Positions 27,945 through 38,286 are shown, numbered from the stretch's first letter. The stretch is DNA of 64,000 bases from Collinsella sp. (GCA_019419605.1 DXZP01000001.1:116153-180152), one strand, 5' to 3'. The notes: a model not told the origin generated them from the letters alone. Translations and numbers: made by a program.

Positions 27945-28711
27945 GAGGTTTTGACTGGAACGACGTGTTCTGTTTGCCCGATGCCGCTCTGGCGGGCGAT
28001 AGACGCATACCCAAGACGGTGCTCACGCGCCAAGCTCAGCTTACAAAGACCGAGCAGAAAGTGCTCGATCGCGTAGCTGCGCTTATGCACTTTGCCACCG
28101 TGCAAAAGTCCACGACGCGCATCGCACCCGTTCAGGATGATGAGCACGATATTCAGAGTGTACTTATCCTGCGGTGCGAATTGTCTCGTGGGGCGGCTTA
28201 TGCCGAGGTGGCAAGGCTCGTCCACAAGTGTTTCCCCAATCCGACGGTGATTCTGTTTGGCGGCGAGGACGAGGCTTGCATTTCGCTGGCAACGACGCGT
28301 AAGAGCTTTGCTGAGCAGGGTGCCATGGTGATTGACGACGTTGAGTCAACGGGGGCATTCGATCCTGGTGACACACGGTATGCGCCGTTTTTGGATGCAC
28401 TCGCGTTTGAGCGATTGCCGCAGGCGAACCTTCTGACCTATCTGCGCAGCATTGCCTGGGCAGTGCGACTTTCGCGCGCGGTTCCGTCGCTGGGATTCTT
28501 TCCAGCGTGTACGGAACGGGATTATGGGCGTCTGGAAGGATTGGTGGCGCGGAGAGATGCGCTCGCCTCGCAAGTTGAGGACACCAAGCGACGGCGCCGT
28601 GATCGGGAATTGACCCTGAATGAATCTGCGCACCTGCGCATGGAACTCAAAAAGCTGGAAAAGGAGCTCGGTCAGACGACCGACGAGATAAAGGAGATCT
28701 GCAATGGCTGA
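27941..28711 (+). CDS. DUF4391-like protein
   Basis: LPDAALAGDRRIPKT start, C-terminal coiled coil; coupled between SNF2 and mod as typical for this family. Confidence 0.72.
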   Translation: MRGFDWNDVFCLPDAALAGDRRIPKTVLTRQAQLTKTEQKVLDRVAALMHFATVQKSTTRIAPVQDDEHDIQSVLILRCELSRGAAYAEVARLVHKCFPNPTVILFGGEDEACISLATTRKSFAEQGAMVIDDVESTGAFDPGDTRYAPFLDALAFERLPQANLLTYLRSIAWAVRLSRAVPSLGFFPACTERDYGRLEGLVARRDALASQVEDTKRRRRDRELTLNESAHLRMELKKLEKELGQTTDEIKEICNG

Positions 28712-30638
28712 GATCGAGAAGATGAACCTCGAGTCCGAAGACCTCGTGGAAGACTATCTGGCGCAGCTCAAAGAGTTGATGCCCGAGGTATTCACCGAGA
28801 GCGGTATCGACTTTGATAAGCTGCGCTTGGAGCTTGGTGACGAGGTCGACGAGGGCCAGGAGCGCTACGCCTTTACCTGGCCTGGCAAGATGGACGCCAT
28901 TCGTCAGTCGCAGACGCCGAGCACTGCCACGTTGCGCCCTTGCGTTGAGAAGAGCCGTGGCCGCGATGGCGAGGACGGCAGCTTTGACTCCGACAACATC
29001 TATATCGAAGGCGATAATCTTGAGGTGCTGAAACTGCTGCAGAGCGGCTATCACGGCAAGGTCAAGATGATCTATATCGATCCCCCCTATAACACGGGCC
29101 ACGACTTTGTCTACAAGGATAAGTTTGGCGACACCATCGAGAACTACAAGGAGCAGGCAGGGCTAGCCAACCAGTCCAACGCCGATACGAGCGGTCGTTA
29201 CCATAGTGATTGGTGCTCGATGATGTATCCCAGGCTGAGACTCGCGAGGGAGCTTCTACGCAATGATGGAGTTATCTTTATCAGCATTGATAACCATGAA
29301 GAGAAAAATCTGCGTTTTCTTTGCGATGAAGTATTTGGGGAAGATAACTATGTCGCATCTTTGCCGCGAGTGACGAAGAAGTCCGGTAAAGACCATAGCG
29401 CCACAATTGCACTTAACCATGATTGCGTCTTCGTTTATGCGCGAGATGCGTCTGCCTTGCAGCTAAATGGCTTTGAAGTTGAAGACGACTCTTATATCGC
29501 CGCTGACGATTATGTTGGGGAAAGAGGTCCGTACAAGCTGAACCAGACTCTCGACTACGATTCGCTTTGGTATAACCCCGCAATGGATTTCCCCATTGAT
29601 GTTGATGGCGAAACGTATTACCCTGGCGGGACAAAACAGGGCCATGATGATCGGCATGAAGGAAAACATGCTCCTAAGGACTGGGTTTGGCGCTGGAGTC
29701 TTGCCAAGTTTAAATTCGGCTACGAACATGGTTTTGTTGAAATTAAAAAGGGTCGAGATAGGAAACGCATTTATACGAAGACCTATCGCAATGCAACAAT
29801 AAACAAGGATTCAAAGGGCAACTATTTCGTCGATACTATCGATCGTTCGACAAAGATGAGCTCTCTTGAATTGGTGAACAATAGCTATTCGAATGACAAT
29901 GCAAAAAAGGATCTTGACAAAATAAATCTCGGTTCCGCCTTTGATTTCCCGAAACCTGTCTCCCTTCTATCTAAGTGCTTAGAATTAGTCACACTAAATG
30001 AGGATGACATTGTCATGGATTTTTTCAGCGGTTCTGCCACGACTGCCGCTGCTGCAATGGGCTATGCCTTTAAAAACTCTGTTCAGCTTAGAGCAATACT
30101 CGTGCAGCTCCCTGAACCAAACGATGCATTTGGGTCTCTCTGTGAAATCGGCGAAGAGCGCATTCGTCGTGCAGGCGATAAGATCAAGGCCGAGATTGAA
30201 GACGCCAACGTTCAGCTTAAACTTGACGAGGGTCCCAAGAAGCTGCCTGACATCGGTTTCCGCGTGTTTTCGCTTGACCATTCTGGCATCGATAGGCCCC
30301 AGCCCGGGCAGCTCGTCCTTGACGTTGTCAAGCCTGACCGCTCCGATATGGATATCGTCTTTGAGATGATGCTCAAATGGGGACTCGAGCTCACGCTTCC
30401 TGTCGAGAAGGAAGAAGTCGCCGGCTACCCCGTATATTCCGTCGCCTGCGGCGAGCTCGTGTGCTGTCTGGCGGACGGCCTGACCATGGAAGCGCTCGAT
30501 GCTATCGCCGACATGGAGCCACGTCGTGTGCTTATGCGCGACTCGATCCTTACTGATACGCTCAAGCTTAATGCTGTCCAAGCGTTTAGGCGCGTGGAGG
30601 AGCGGGCTGGCTACGAGGTACAGCTGAGGACGGTGTAA
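28704..30638 (+). CDS. mod: Type III RM Mod subunit, N6-adenine DNA methyltransferase
   Basis: EGDNLEVLK, YIDPPYNTG, FPKP, DFFSGSATT. Confidence 0.93.
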   Translation: MAEIEKMNLESEDLVEDYLAQLKELMPEVFTESGIDFDKLRLELGDEVDEGQERYAFTWPGKMDAIRQSQTPSTATLRPCVEKSRGRDGEDGSFDSDNIYIEGDNLEVLKLLQSGYHGKVKMIYIDPPYNTGHDFVYKDKFGDTIENYKEQAGLANQSNADTSGRYHSDWCSMMYPRLRLARELLRNDGVIFISIDNHEEKNLRFLCDEVFGEDNYVASLPRVTKKSGKDHSATIALNHDCVFVYARDASALQLNGFEVEDDSYIAADDYVGERGPYKLNQTLDYDSLWYNPAMDFPIDVDGETYYPGGTKQGHDDRHEGKHAPKDWVWRWSLAKFKFGYEHGFVEIKKGRDRKRIYTKTYRNATINKDSKGNYFVDTIDRSTKMSSLELVNNSYSNDNAKKDLDKINLGSAFDFPKPVSLLSKCLELVTLNEDDIVMDFFSGSATTAAAAMGYAFKNSVQLRAILVQLPEPNDAFGSLCEIGEERIRRAGDKIKAEIEDANVQLKLDEGPKKLPDIGFRVFSLDHSGIDRPQPGQLVLDVVKPDRSDMDIVFEMMLKWGLELTLPVEKEEVAGYPVYSVACGELVCCLADGLTMEALDAIADMEPRRVLMRDSILTDTLKLNAVQAFRRVEERAGYEVQLRTV

Positions 30639-30641
30639 CGC

Positions 30642-33600
30642 ATGGCTTTGGAAATTAAATATTCCGCTGATCAGGAGCACCAGACCGAGGCCATCGATGC
30701 TGTCTGTGACCTGTTTCGAGGCCAGGAATTCATGGATTCCGACTTTGTCGCAGAGATGGGCACCGGCCTCTATGAGGGTCAGGTCGTCCAGGTGGGCCAT
30801 GCCAACGGGCTTCGTCTCTCTGCTTCTCAGCTGGAGCGCAACCTGCATTCGATCCAAGAAGGCAACGCACTTGCTCCATCGAGCGTTGCTACCGACGGGC
30901 ATCTGCGCGATTTTACCGTCGAAATGGAAACCGGTACGGGCAAGACCTATGTCTATATTCGCACTATCTACGAGCTCAATCGTCGCTATGGGCTGACCAA
31001 GTTCATTATCGTGGTGCCAAGTGTCGCCATTCGCGAGGGCGTTAAGAAGAGCTTCGAGAGCACCAAGAAGCACTTCGACATACTCTATGACAAGACGCCG
31101 CTCGACTGCTTCGTCTATGACTCCAAAGACATGGGGCCTGTGGGCAGCTTTGCCACCTCGAGCTCCATCCAAGTGATGATCATTAATATCGGTGCCTTCG
31201 ACAAAGATAACGACTTCGATGACGATGAGATCGCCGGGCCCACCGGTGGTCGGGATAAGCGTAACCTGTTCCACCGTCCGAGCGAAAGACTCATTGGCGG
31301 TCAAAGCCCGCGCGAGCTCGTAAGCTCATGCAATCCTATCGTCATCATTGATGAGCCGCAGAGCGTTGACTCTACTGCTAAACGCAAAAAGGCTATTCGA
31401 AGCTTGAATCCGCTGTTTGTGCTGCGTTACTCGGCAACCCACAAAGAGGCGTACAACAAAGTTTATCGCTTAACACCTGTCGATGCCTTCCAACGTGGAT
31501 TGGTCAAGGGTATCACCGTCGATTCTGTGCTTTCGCAGGAGGACCTGAACGGCTCGTACGTGCGGCTTGAGTCTACAAAGATCGCCTCTCCCATTACGGC
31601 TAAGCTGACAATTGATGTGCGCCAGAAGGATGGTTCTCAGAAGCGCAAAAAGGTAAACGTCAAGGCGGGTGACAACCTGTTTAACAAGAGCGGCGAGAAT
31701 GCCGACTATGAGGCCGGCTGGATTGTGAACAACATCTCCGCCGCTGCTGGCGACGAATGGGTCGAGTTCCAGAACGGCGAACACATCGAGCTTGGTCAGG
31801 CTGTTGGTGATGTTGCGGCGGAAGCTATCAAGCGCGCGCAAATCAAGAGCACCATCGAGGACCATCTGCAGCGTCAGCTCGAGCTTGCCCCGCGCGGCAT
31901 CAAGGTACTTTCGCTGTTCTTTATCGACAAGGTTGAGAAGTACCGCCTGTATGATCCGGTGCGAAACGGCGAGTATGCGCAGATGTTCGAGGAGGAATAT
32001 GCCGCAGCGGTGAATTCGCCCAAGTGGCGCAAGCGCTATGCCGAAGCTGGCGTGAAATTGGATACGGATGCTACTGCGGTACATTCGGGCTATTTCTCGC
32101 AGGACGGCAAGGGGCATCTTAAGAATACGTCCGATGCAGCGTCCTCAGCTGCTGACATCTCGACCTTCGAGACCATCATGCGTGATAAGGAGACGCTACT
32201 TTCCTTCCCTGCGGACGGCGATGACGACGAGACGCGTGCAAAGAAGCGCATCCAGTTTATCTGGAGCCACTCCGCCCTTAAGGAGGGCTGGGATAACCCC
32301 AACGTGTTCCAGATTTGCACGCTGGTGGAAACCAAGGACAAACTGACCAAACGCCAAAAGATCGGTCGTGGTCTGCGCCTGTGTGTGGACCAGGACGGCG
32401 AGCGCTGCTATGACGAGGGCGTGAACGTGTTAACCGTCATCGCAAACGAGAGCTATGATTCGTTTGCCAATGACTTGCAATCTGAGTTTGAAGAGGATGG
32501 CTACAAGTTTGGCATTCTCACCGCTGAGTCTTTCTCGAATGTCGTGGTGGAACGCGAGGACGGAACCGAGGAGCTCTTGGGCTTCCAGAAGTCTAAGGCC
32601 GTCTTCGACTCGTTTAAGGACCAGGGGCTCATCGATGATAAGGGCAAGATTACACCCGAGCTCAAGCAGGCGGCCGAGCAGGGTAGTGTCCCTGTTCCCG
32701 ATGGTCTGGAAAACGTTAAGACCGAGGTGGAGCGCATTATCCTCAAGAAGGCTCAGAAGCTGCAGATTCGCGACAAGGCCAAGGAGGTTGAGGTTAAGCT
32801 CTGCAAGGATGTGACTGCCGACCCTGCTTTCCAGGAGCTTTGGGAGCGCATTCGCAAACGCACGCGCTTTGAGGTCGATGTGGACTCCGATAAGCTGGTC
32901 GAGGACGCGTGCGAGGAGATTGCCAAGATGCCTGAAGTGAAGGCGCCTGAAATCCTGAGCACGCGTGCGGATCTGACCGTAGACACAGCTGGAGTGAATG
33001 CCGAGGCGCGCTCGACCGCGCTCGTGCGAACGGCAGGTCGCGCAGTGTATGACTTGCCCGATCCAATCGCGGAGCTGCAGGATGCCGTCGGTCTTACCCG
33101 TGCTACCATCAAGCGCATTCTTGAGGGCTGTGGTCGCTATGACGAGTTTGCTCTCAATCCTGCGCTGTTCCTAGCCCAGGTGGCTTCTAAGGTGAACAAG
33201 GTTAAGGCCGTGGCAATTGCCAAGGGCATTAAGTACACCAAGCTGCCCGAGGAAGATTGGTACACGATGAAAGATTTGGACCCTGGCGATCTTAAGGCCT
33301 ATGTTGGCCAGAACGCTTGGGAGTCCGCGCACCACAAGAGTCTATACAACTACGTTGTCTACGACTCGTCGTCGGTTGAGAAGCCGTTTGCCGTTGAGCT
33401 TGATCAGGCCGAGGAGATCAAGGTGTTTGCCAAGCTGCCGAGCAGCTTTAAGATCGACACGCCGTTAGGAGCCTACAACCCCGATTGGGCTTACGTGCAA
33501 GAGATCGAGGGCGAGCATCGCGTGTATTTTGTTACCGAGACTAAGGGCGGCGGAAACAACGATATCCATACGCGCCCGATCGAGCAAGGCAAAATCGATT

Positions 33601-33674
33601 GTGCCGAGAAGCACTTCGAAGCCATTTGGGAACCTGACTTCTTCTACAACGTAAAGACGACATATCGCTCGTAA
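30642..33674 (+). CDS. res: Type III RM Res subunit (helicase-like ATPase + PD-(D/E)XK endonuclease)
   Basis: EMETGTGKT, IIDEPQ, YSATH, LKEGWDNPNVFQIC, GRGLR, YNPDWA...ETKG. Confidence 0.93.
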   Translation: MALEIKYSADQEHQTEAIDAVCDLFRGQEFMDSDFVAEMGTGLYEGQVVQVGHANGLRLSASQLERNLHSIQEGNALAPSSVATDGHLRDFTVEMETGTGKTYVYIRTIYELNRRYGLTKFIIVVPSVAIREGVKKSFESTKKHFDILYDKTPLDCFVYDSKDMGPVGSFATSSSIQVMIINIGAFDKDNDFDDDEIAGPTGGRDKRNLFHRPSERLIGGQSPRELVSSCNPIVIIDEPQSVDSTAKRKKAIRSLNPLFVLRYSATHKEAYNKVYRLTPVDAFQRGLVKGITVDSVLSQEDLNGSYVRLESTKIASPITAKLTIDVRQKDGSQKRKKVNVKAGDNLFNKSGENADYEAGWIVNNISAAAGDEWVEFQNGEHIELGQAVGDVAAEAIKRAQIKSTIEDHLQRQLELAPRGIKVLSLFFIDKVEKYRLYDPVRNGEYAQMFEEEYAAAVNSPKWRKRYAEAGVKLDTDATAVHSGYFSQDGKGHLKNTSDAASSAADISTFETIMRDKETLLSFPADGDDDETRAKKRIQFIWSHSALKEGWDNPNVFQICTLVETKDKLTKRQKIGRGLRLCVDQDGERCYDEGVNVLTVIANESYDSFANDLQSEFEEDGYKFGILTAESFSNVVVEREDGTEELLGFQKSKAVFDSFKDQGLIDDKGKITPELKQAAEQGSVPVPDGLENVKTEVERIILKKAQKLQIRDKAKEVEVKLCKDVTADPAFQELWERIRKRTRFEVDVDSDKLVEDACEEIAKMPEVKAPEILSTRADLTVDTAGVNAEARSTALVRTAGRAVYDLPDPIAELQDAVGLTRATIKRILEGCGRYDEFALNPALFLAQVASKVNKVKAVAIAKGIKYTKLPEEDWYTMKDLDPGDLKAYVGQNAWESAHHKSLYNYVVYDSSSVEKPFAVELDQAEEIKVFAKLPSSFKIDTPLGAYNPDWAYVQEIEGEHRVYFVTETKGGGNNDIHTRPIEQGKIDCAEKHFEAIWEPDFFYNVKTTYRS

Positions 33675-33680
33675 GTATTG

Positions 33681-33714
33681 GGGGGCGCTGAAGAACCATC
33701 TTTAGCGCCCCCTT
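33681..33714. terminator. Hairpin after res
   Basis: GGGGGCGCTGAAGA-acca-TCTTTAGCGCCCCC. Confidence 0.65.
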
Positions 33715-33879
33715 ATCGTGGACGTTCGGTTGTGATTTCAAGTTTCGCCCGCACCATTGCAATCTTGTGTGCGTAGTACCAGGAAGAAGGCTAGACTGCG
33801 AGGGGCATCGGTCTTATGCGGCTGATGAGCTGGAAGGGCTTTCGGCATGAATGGAACGGAAAGGTTCAACTTCTCAGTT

Positions 33880-35214
33880 TTAAGCGAAGATGAACTCAAA
33901 ACCCTTCATGTTTTCAAGCCTTTCTTCGGATGATTTCGCAAGCTCCTGCAGCTCGAGATTAAGTGCTTGCATGATGTGCTTGTGTCTGAGATTGGGCTTC
34001 TTCACCAAAGACCACTTCAGCTGTCCCATGGCGTAAACGGCAAAGGTGGCCATCTCAGGGTAGCTGAGCTCCATTGGATTCTTCGAGAAGTATATCCTGC
34101 CAGCATCGATACCCGCGGCAACTGAATGTGCCAGGAACAGCATAGTGGCGAGCTTGGGATGCTTCTCCCTGTTCTTGGAGAACGGGATGGACTCCTTCAC
34201 GCTATGCCCCTCATGGATTCGTTTGGAGAAGTATGAGACTCGCACCGCGATCTCGGCGAGCATGGTGGGGATGCTCTGTGCGCAGAAGTGTTCGAAGTCG
34301 TAGCCTTCGTAGTACATGCCTTGGACAATCTCGGCAACTGTTTGCTTCTCCGTCCCAAGTTCGCCAAACTGCATAATATTGAACAGTCCCATGAGGGGGG
34401 CCGGGAGACCCATGGCGGTGTTCACATCGGTTTTGAGATGGATGAACTGCCTGATGAGGGCTTCGGCAACGGTCGATGCCTTGCGATCTGTGTATCTGCC
34501 AATTTGTTGAACTACTACGTTGCCGGTCTTGTCGACGGTGGTAATGGTTCCGTTGAGGATGTCTCCCACGCCCACTACAAAACCCAGCAGCGGGTCATGG
34601 CCTAGCGAGTAGAGCCTGTGCATCGTAGGGTATAGTCCTTCAACCCACGTTTCGGTAAAGCCGGCATTATATTGTGCATCATACGGTACCTTTGCTGCGG
34701 GCGTTGCGGAGAGCTTCTTCATTTCGTCTTCGGGAAGCCATTTCTTAAACTGGTCGCGGACGTAGTTCTCAAGGGGCTGTGCTCGTAAGCCCTGTTCATG
34801 AGTTCTAGCGGGAACGCCGACTAGGAACATGTCCACTGCGGCAGCTAGGATTCCCGACATCACTGCAATGCCGACGTCAAACTTGTCAAGGCGATGCTGT
34901 GCGGCGAATTCCTCATTCAGAGCGGCGAGTTTGCTGTCTATTTCGTCACAGTCTGACTGTGTCAGGAGGCTGTCGAGGTTATCCTCTTCTGAATCGAATT
35001 TGTTCGCTCGTGCCACCATCTCATTCCAGGTTGGAACGACAATGGGTGACGGTGCGCATTCCTCAGCCCCAGTTTCATCCTCGGGAGTGAGGCTATCTTC
35101 CACATTTGTCTCTTCGAGAAGCGCAGCATTTGCCACGAGTGCGGCGATGCGATTCTCATGATCTAGGAGGATCTCTTCGATTTCCCTATGCGGGCCCTTC
35201 TTTTTCCTAAACAT
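33880..35214 (-). CDS. Hypothetical protein with hydrophobic segments (LGHDP motif)
   Basis: 444-aa ORF, lower GC than core, several hydrophobic helices. Confidence 0.78.
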   Translation of the reverse strand: MFRKKKGPHREIEEILLDHENRIAALVANAALLEETNVEDSLTPEDETGAEECAPSPIVVPTWNEMVARANKFDSEEDNLDSLLTQSDCDEIDSKLAALNEEFAAQHRLDKFDVGIAVMSGILAAAVDMFLVGVPARTHEQGLRAQPLENYVRDQFKKWLPEDEMKKLSATPAAKVPYDAQYNAGFTETWVEGLYPTMHRLYSLGHDPLLGFVVGVGDILNGTITTVDKTGNVVVQQIGRYTDRKASTVAEALIRQFIHLKTDVNTAMGLPAPLMGLFNIMQFGELGTEKQTVAEIVQGMYYEGYDFEHFCAQSIPTMLAEIAVRVSYFSKRIHEGHSVKESIPFSKNREKHPKLATMLFLAHSVAAGIDAGRIYFSKNPMELSYPEMATFAVYAMGQLKWSLVKKPNLRHKHIMQALNLELQELAKSSEERLENMKGFEFIFA

Positions 35215-35229
35215 GGGAGATCTCTCAAT

Positions 35230-35529
35230 CTAGTTCTTTGGCGGTTTTGAAAGCGAGTCCTTCTGCGTCTCGAGCTTTCTAATTTTTGTTTCGAGTTCTC
35301 GTATCTTTCTTTTATCTCTGAAACTTTTCTTCTGTATAGACTCAAGCGCTATGAGTTCGGCTTCGTGCTTCCTGATTACTTTTTGGAGTTTCGAAATCTC
35401 TGTCTCCGCGCCGCGTTTTCCTAGGCTATTTCCGAAGAAGAAACCCGCAGCAAGGGTACCAAGCGGTGTGACGATTCTCTTCCAGTTCTTGCTGAAGAAC
35501 TGGAGTGCTTTATTGAAAAATGATCCCAT
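35230..35529 (-). CDS. Small protein, glycine-rich hydrophobic helix + basic coiled coil
   Basis: 99 aa, AAGGAG RBS, 15 bp upstream of the 444-aa gene. Confidence 0.7.
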   Translation of the reverse strand: MGSFFNKALQFFSKNWKRIVTPLGTLAAGFFFGNSLGKRGAETEISKLQKVIRKHEAELIALESIQKKSFRDKRKIRELETKIRKLETQKDSLSKPPKN

Positions 35530-35734
35530 CGACTCGCTCCTTGGCAATGATTGAATCCGTTACGCATTTTACCTCACGTTCTATGCCATTTTGTCAGTTG
35601 CCGACTGATTTGGGGGCGATCGGGAGACGTCCGGCGGTTGGGACGTATTATTGGGACTCGCATGGGGCGATTCCCTTTTCGCTTATTGGCGAGGCGGTGC
35701 CGCCGGCGGGTTCGATGGTGCCACCGCCAGCAAT

Positions 35735-36157
35735 TTAAACCATCGTGACTCCACGTGCGGCACTCAACAGCTCATACTCCCTCTGGCTCCACTGACGCAG
35801 CTCGGCAGTCTCGACGGCGTCGCGGCACAGGTCCAGAAATACCTCGGCGCCCTCGCAGAAGCATTCACGGGCAAATTCTCCTGAACCGTTCGCGATGCAT
35901 GTGCCGTCTGCAAACAGCTTCCAGCTGGATGGCCCGCGCGAGTCGTCTCCAAGCAGCTTGATCTGCAGCACGTGCGGGCTGCCGGCGGCGCAGAGTTTTT
36001 CCTTGAGCACCTGCACCGTAAAGCGCATCTGGTGGGAGAGGCTGCTCTTGATCATGGCCGAGGCGTAGCCATTTGGCTTATCCAGAAGATGCATGTGATT
36101 CGGTTTGACGATCAGGTTGTGGAAGTTACGCTCGCTGCGCACAGAGAAATTGTCCAT
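35735..36157 (-). CDS. Hypothetical protein (140 aa)
   Basis: ATG at 36157 preceded by GAAAGGAG. Confidence 0.65.
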   Translation of the reverse strand: MDNFSVRSERNFHNLIVKPNHMHLLDKPNGYASAMIKSSLSHQMRFTVQVLKEKLCAAGSPHVLQIKLLGDDSRGPSSWKLFADGTCIANGSGEFARECFCEGAEVFLDLCRDAVETAELRQWSQREYELLSAARGVTMV

Positions 36158-36375
36158 ACGGACTCCTTTCATCGATGTTGGCAGGGCCACCGTGCCTCTT
36201 GGCCGGTTGGCGTCGGGATCGTGGAGCCAACTCTCTACCCCGACTCTGGATAAAACGCGCCCGCTCCTTGCGGGCAAGAGGAAGTCTATCAACGTGTACG
36301 GACAGAAATCAAGCGCCGCCTGCGAAATGACGCGTGAACGGCGTTGGTTTCCCAAGTGATTATTCGGCTTTCATC

Positions 36376-36454
36376 CGGAAAAGTGTCGAAATCAGCCGTG
36401 TAAAAGTACGGAAAAGTGTCGAAATAGGCACCTTAAAACTTCGGAAAAGTGTAG
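36376..36454. repeat. Three direct repeats CGGAAAAGTGT(CGAAAT), 33-bp period
   Basis: Copies at 36376, 36409, 36442. Confidence 0.85.
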
Positions 36455-36522
36455 CTGGATGACAAAACAGCACTTAGAAGCCGGTGTTGGATGCGGGATC
36501 CTGCGGCCGCCTTCAGCCCTCG

Positions 36523-37509
36523 CTACTCATCGTCCCCGTCGTTGGGGTCGCCCTTGAGGGTGTTGATGTCCAGATACTCGTTATCGTCCTCTTTTTGCTG
36601 GGTCTCCGACTCCGCTTGGGTGGGGCCGGAGAACAGCCGGAATCCCTCAAACGCAATGACACCGAGCAGGGCAATGACAATGGCGATAAAGGCAACCTTG
36701 ACTGCCTGCGGAAATTCCGAAAAACGCAGCGCCTTTTCCTCGGCGTAATAATCGGCGAAGCGCTCTTCGCCCGTGCTCTTGGTATGCGCCGGTGCGGACG
36801 CGGCCTCCGGGTCATATTCCGGTGCAGGCGTGGCGGCGTACGGATCGTTGAGATAATCGCTCGATGTGGTGCCATAATCCTCGGTCTCGATGCGACCGGC
36901 GTCAGCATAGCCATCGGAATAATCGGAATATGCCGCACCGCCCTCATAGCCCGCGGCGCTCGTGTTGGCGGCAAAAAGCGGGTTAACTGGAACGTCGAGC
37001 GCCGGCATGCCGGTAGAGGTCTCATCCAGATCGGCTGCAGCCCAGGAATCGTAGGCAACCTGATGGGCAACGGGCTCATCGAGCCTTGTGACCGGAGGCT
37101 TGCGTGCCGCAGGAACAGGCAACTGCTGGGCGCTGTACATAACGGTGCTGTCGGCCGATTTGCCCTGCGTCGCTGCGGCGAGAAATGCCGCCGTCTCGGA
37201 CGGATCGCTTGCGGGGCGGGGAGCGGGCGTGGGCGCCGAAGTGCGCGCGGGCGTAGGCGCGGGCGTCGAAACAGGCGACTGCGCAGGAGTCGACGCAGAT
37301 GCGGGCTTAGGCGCAAGCGCAGGATTGGGACTTGACGGGCGAGCCCCGCCGCCCATGAGTTCGTCGGCGGTCCACGGGCGATCATCCATCACGTCGTCAA
37401 GGCTTAGCGAAAACAGGTCGTCTTCACCCTCATCGAACATGCGGTGCACATGTCCACCAATTGCCGGAATCAATCCGCGACCGGTGCATGATGCCTTGCT
37501 CAACGCCAT
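36523..37509 (-). CDS. Hypothetical Pro/Ala-rich acidic protein with C-terminal TM helix
   Basis: GAAAGGA RBS; TM VAFIAIVIALLGVIAF. Confidence 0.7.
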   Translation of the reverse strand: MALSKASCTGRGLIPAIGGHVHRMFDEGEDDLFSLSLDDVMDDRPWTADELMGGGARPSSPNPALAPKPASASTPAQSPVSTPAPTPARTSAPTPAPRPASDPSETAAFLAAATQGKSADSTVMYSAQQLPVPAARKPPVTRLDEPVAHQVAYDSWAAADLDETSTGMPALDVPVNPLFAANTSAAGYEGGAAYSDYSDGYADAGRIETEDYGTTSSDYLNDPYAATPAPEYDPEAASAPAHTKSTGEERFADYYAEEKALRFSEFPQAVKVAFIAIVIALLGVIAFEGFRLFSGPTQAESETQQKEDDNEYLDINTLKGDPNDGDDE

Positions 37510-37632
37510 TCTGTTCCATCCTTTCGAAATACTAATGACATCGATTATATGGAACTTCCCAAGCGGCTCGGTCTTGGATTCGTGCTTTCCAGAACTCGCG
37601 CCCAAAAGGGGAGGGGCAATCCAGGCGAGTGC

Positions 37633-38286
37633 CTACTTGTCGCCGACCGCCGCCTTGGCCTCATTGAGGTAGCTATAGAAGCTGTACTTAGAGATGCCAA
37701 AGAACTCGCAGGCACGCTCGCTCGACTTGGAAATGAGGAAGGCGCCGCGACGGTCGAGGTAGCCAATGGCGCGAATGCGCTCGTCTTTGGTCATAAGGGC
37801 CGCAGGCTTGCCCACGTATTGCTCGCACTCGCGTAGCAGGTCTTCGAGCAGGTCGCCGATGTTCTTGGTAATGGGCTCGGGCTCGGTATAGCCCGTGCCG
37901 CCGGTGCCGGTAAAAGCGTCGAGCGAGCGCTCAAAAGCCTTCATAAGCGTAATGTCAAAGTTGATGCCCAAAATGCCGACGGGCTTGCCCTCGTCGTTGC
38001 GGATAAAGATCGTCGAGGACTTGAGCAGCTTGCCATCGGTGGTTTTGGTGAGGTATGGTTCGCGGTCGTGCACGTCGGTGGTGCCCTCGTGCATGGACTC
38101 AAACACAATATGGCTGGGGCCGTCACCCAGTTTGCGCCCGCTGACGTGGCCGTTTTCGATCACTACGATGGAGTGGTCCACGTCCTCGGTCTCCAGATCG
38201 TGGACGACGACTTCGCAGTTGGGACCAAATTGGAGCGCCAGGCCGTGTGCGAGGCGCTTGTAAAACTCAATCTGTGCGGGGGTCAT
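37633..38286 (-). CDS. YheO-like PAS + HTH transcriptional regulator
   Basis: CEVVVHDL, NGHVSGRKLGDGPS, LKSSTIFIR, GAFLISKS...YSYL. Confidence 0.9.
   Translation of the reverse strand: MTPAQIEFYKRLAHGLALQFGPNCEVVVHDLETEDVDHSIVVIENGHVSGRKLGDGPSHIVFESMHEGTTDVHDREPYLTKTTDGKLLKSSTIFIRNDEGKPVGILGINFDITLMKAFERSLDAFTGTGGTGYTEPEPITKNIGDLLEDLLRECEQYVGKPAALMTKDERIRAIGYLDRRGAFLISKSSERACEFFGISKYSFYSYLNEAKAAVGDK

Noticed and set aside
16840..36480. Prophage, ICE or IS as the island vehicle
   Set aside because: No integrase, transposase, relaxase, phage genes, tRNA target or long terminal direct repeats found.
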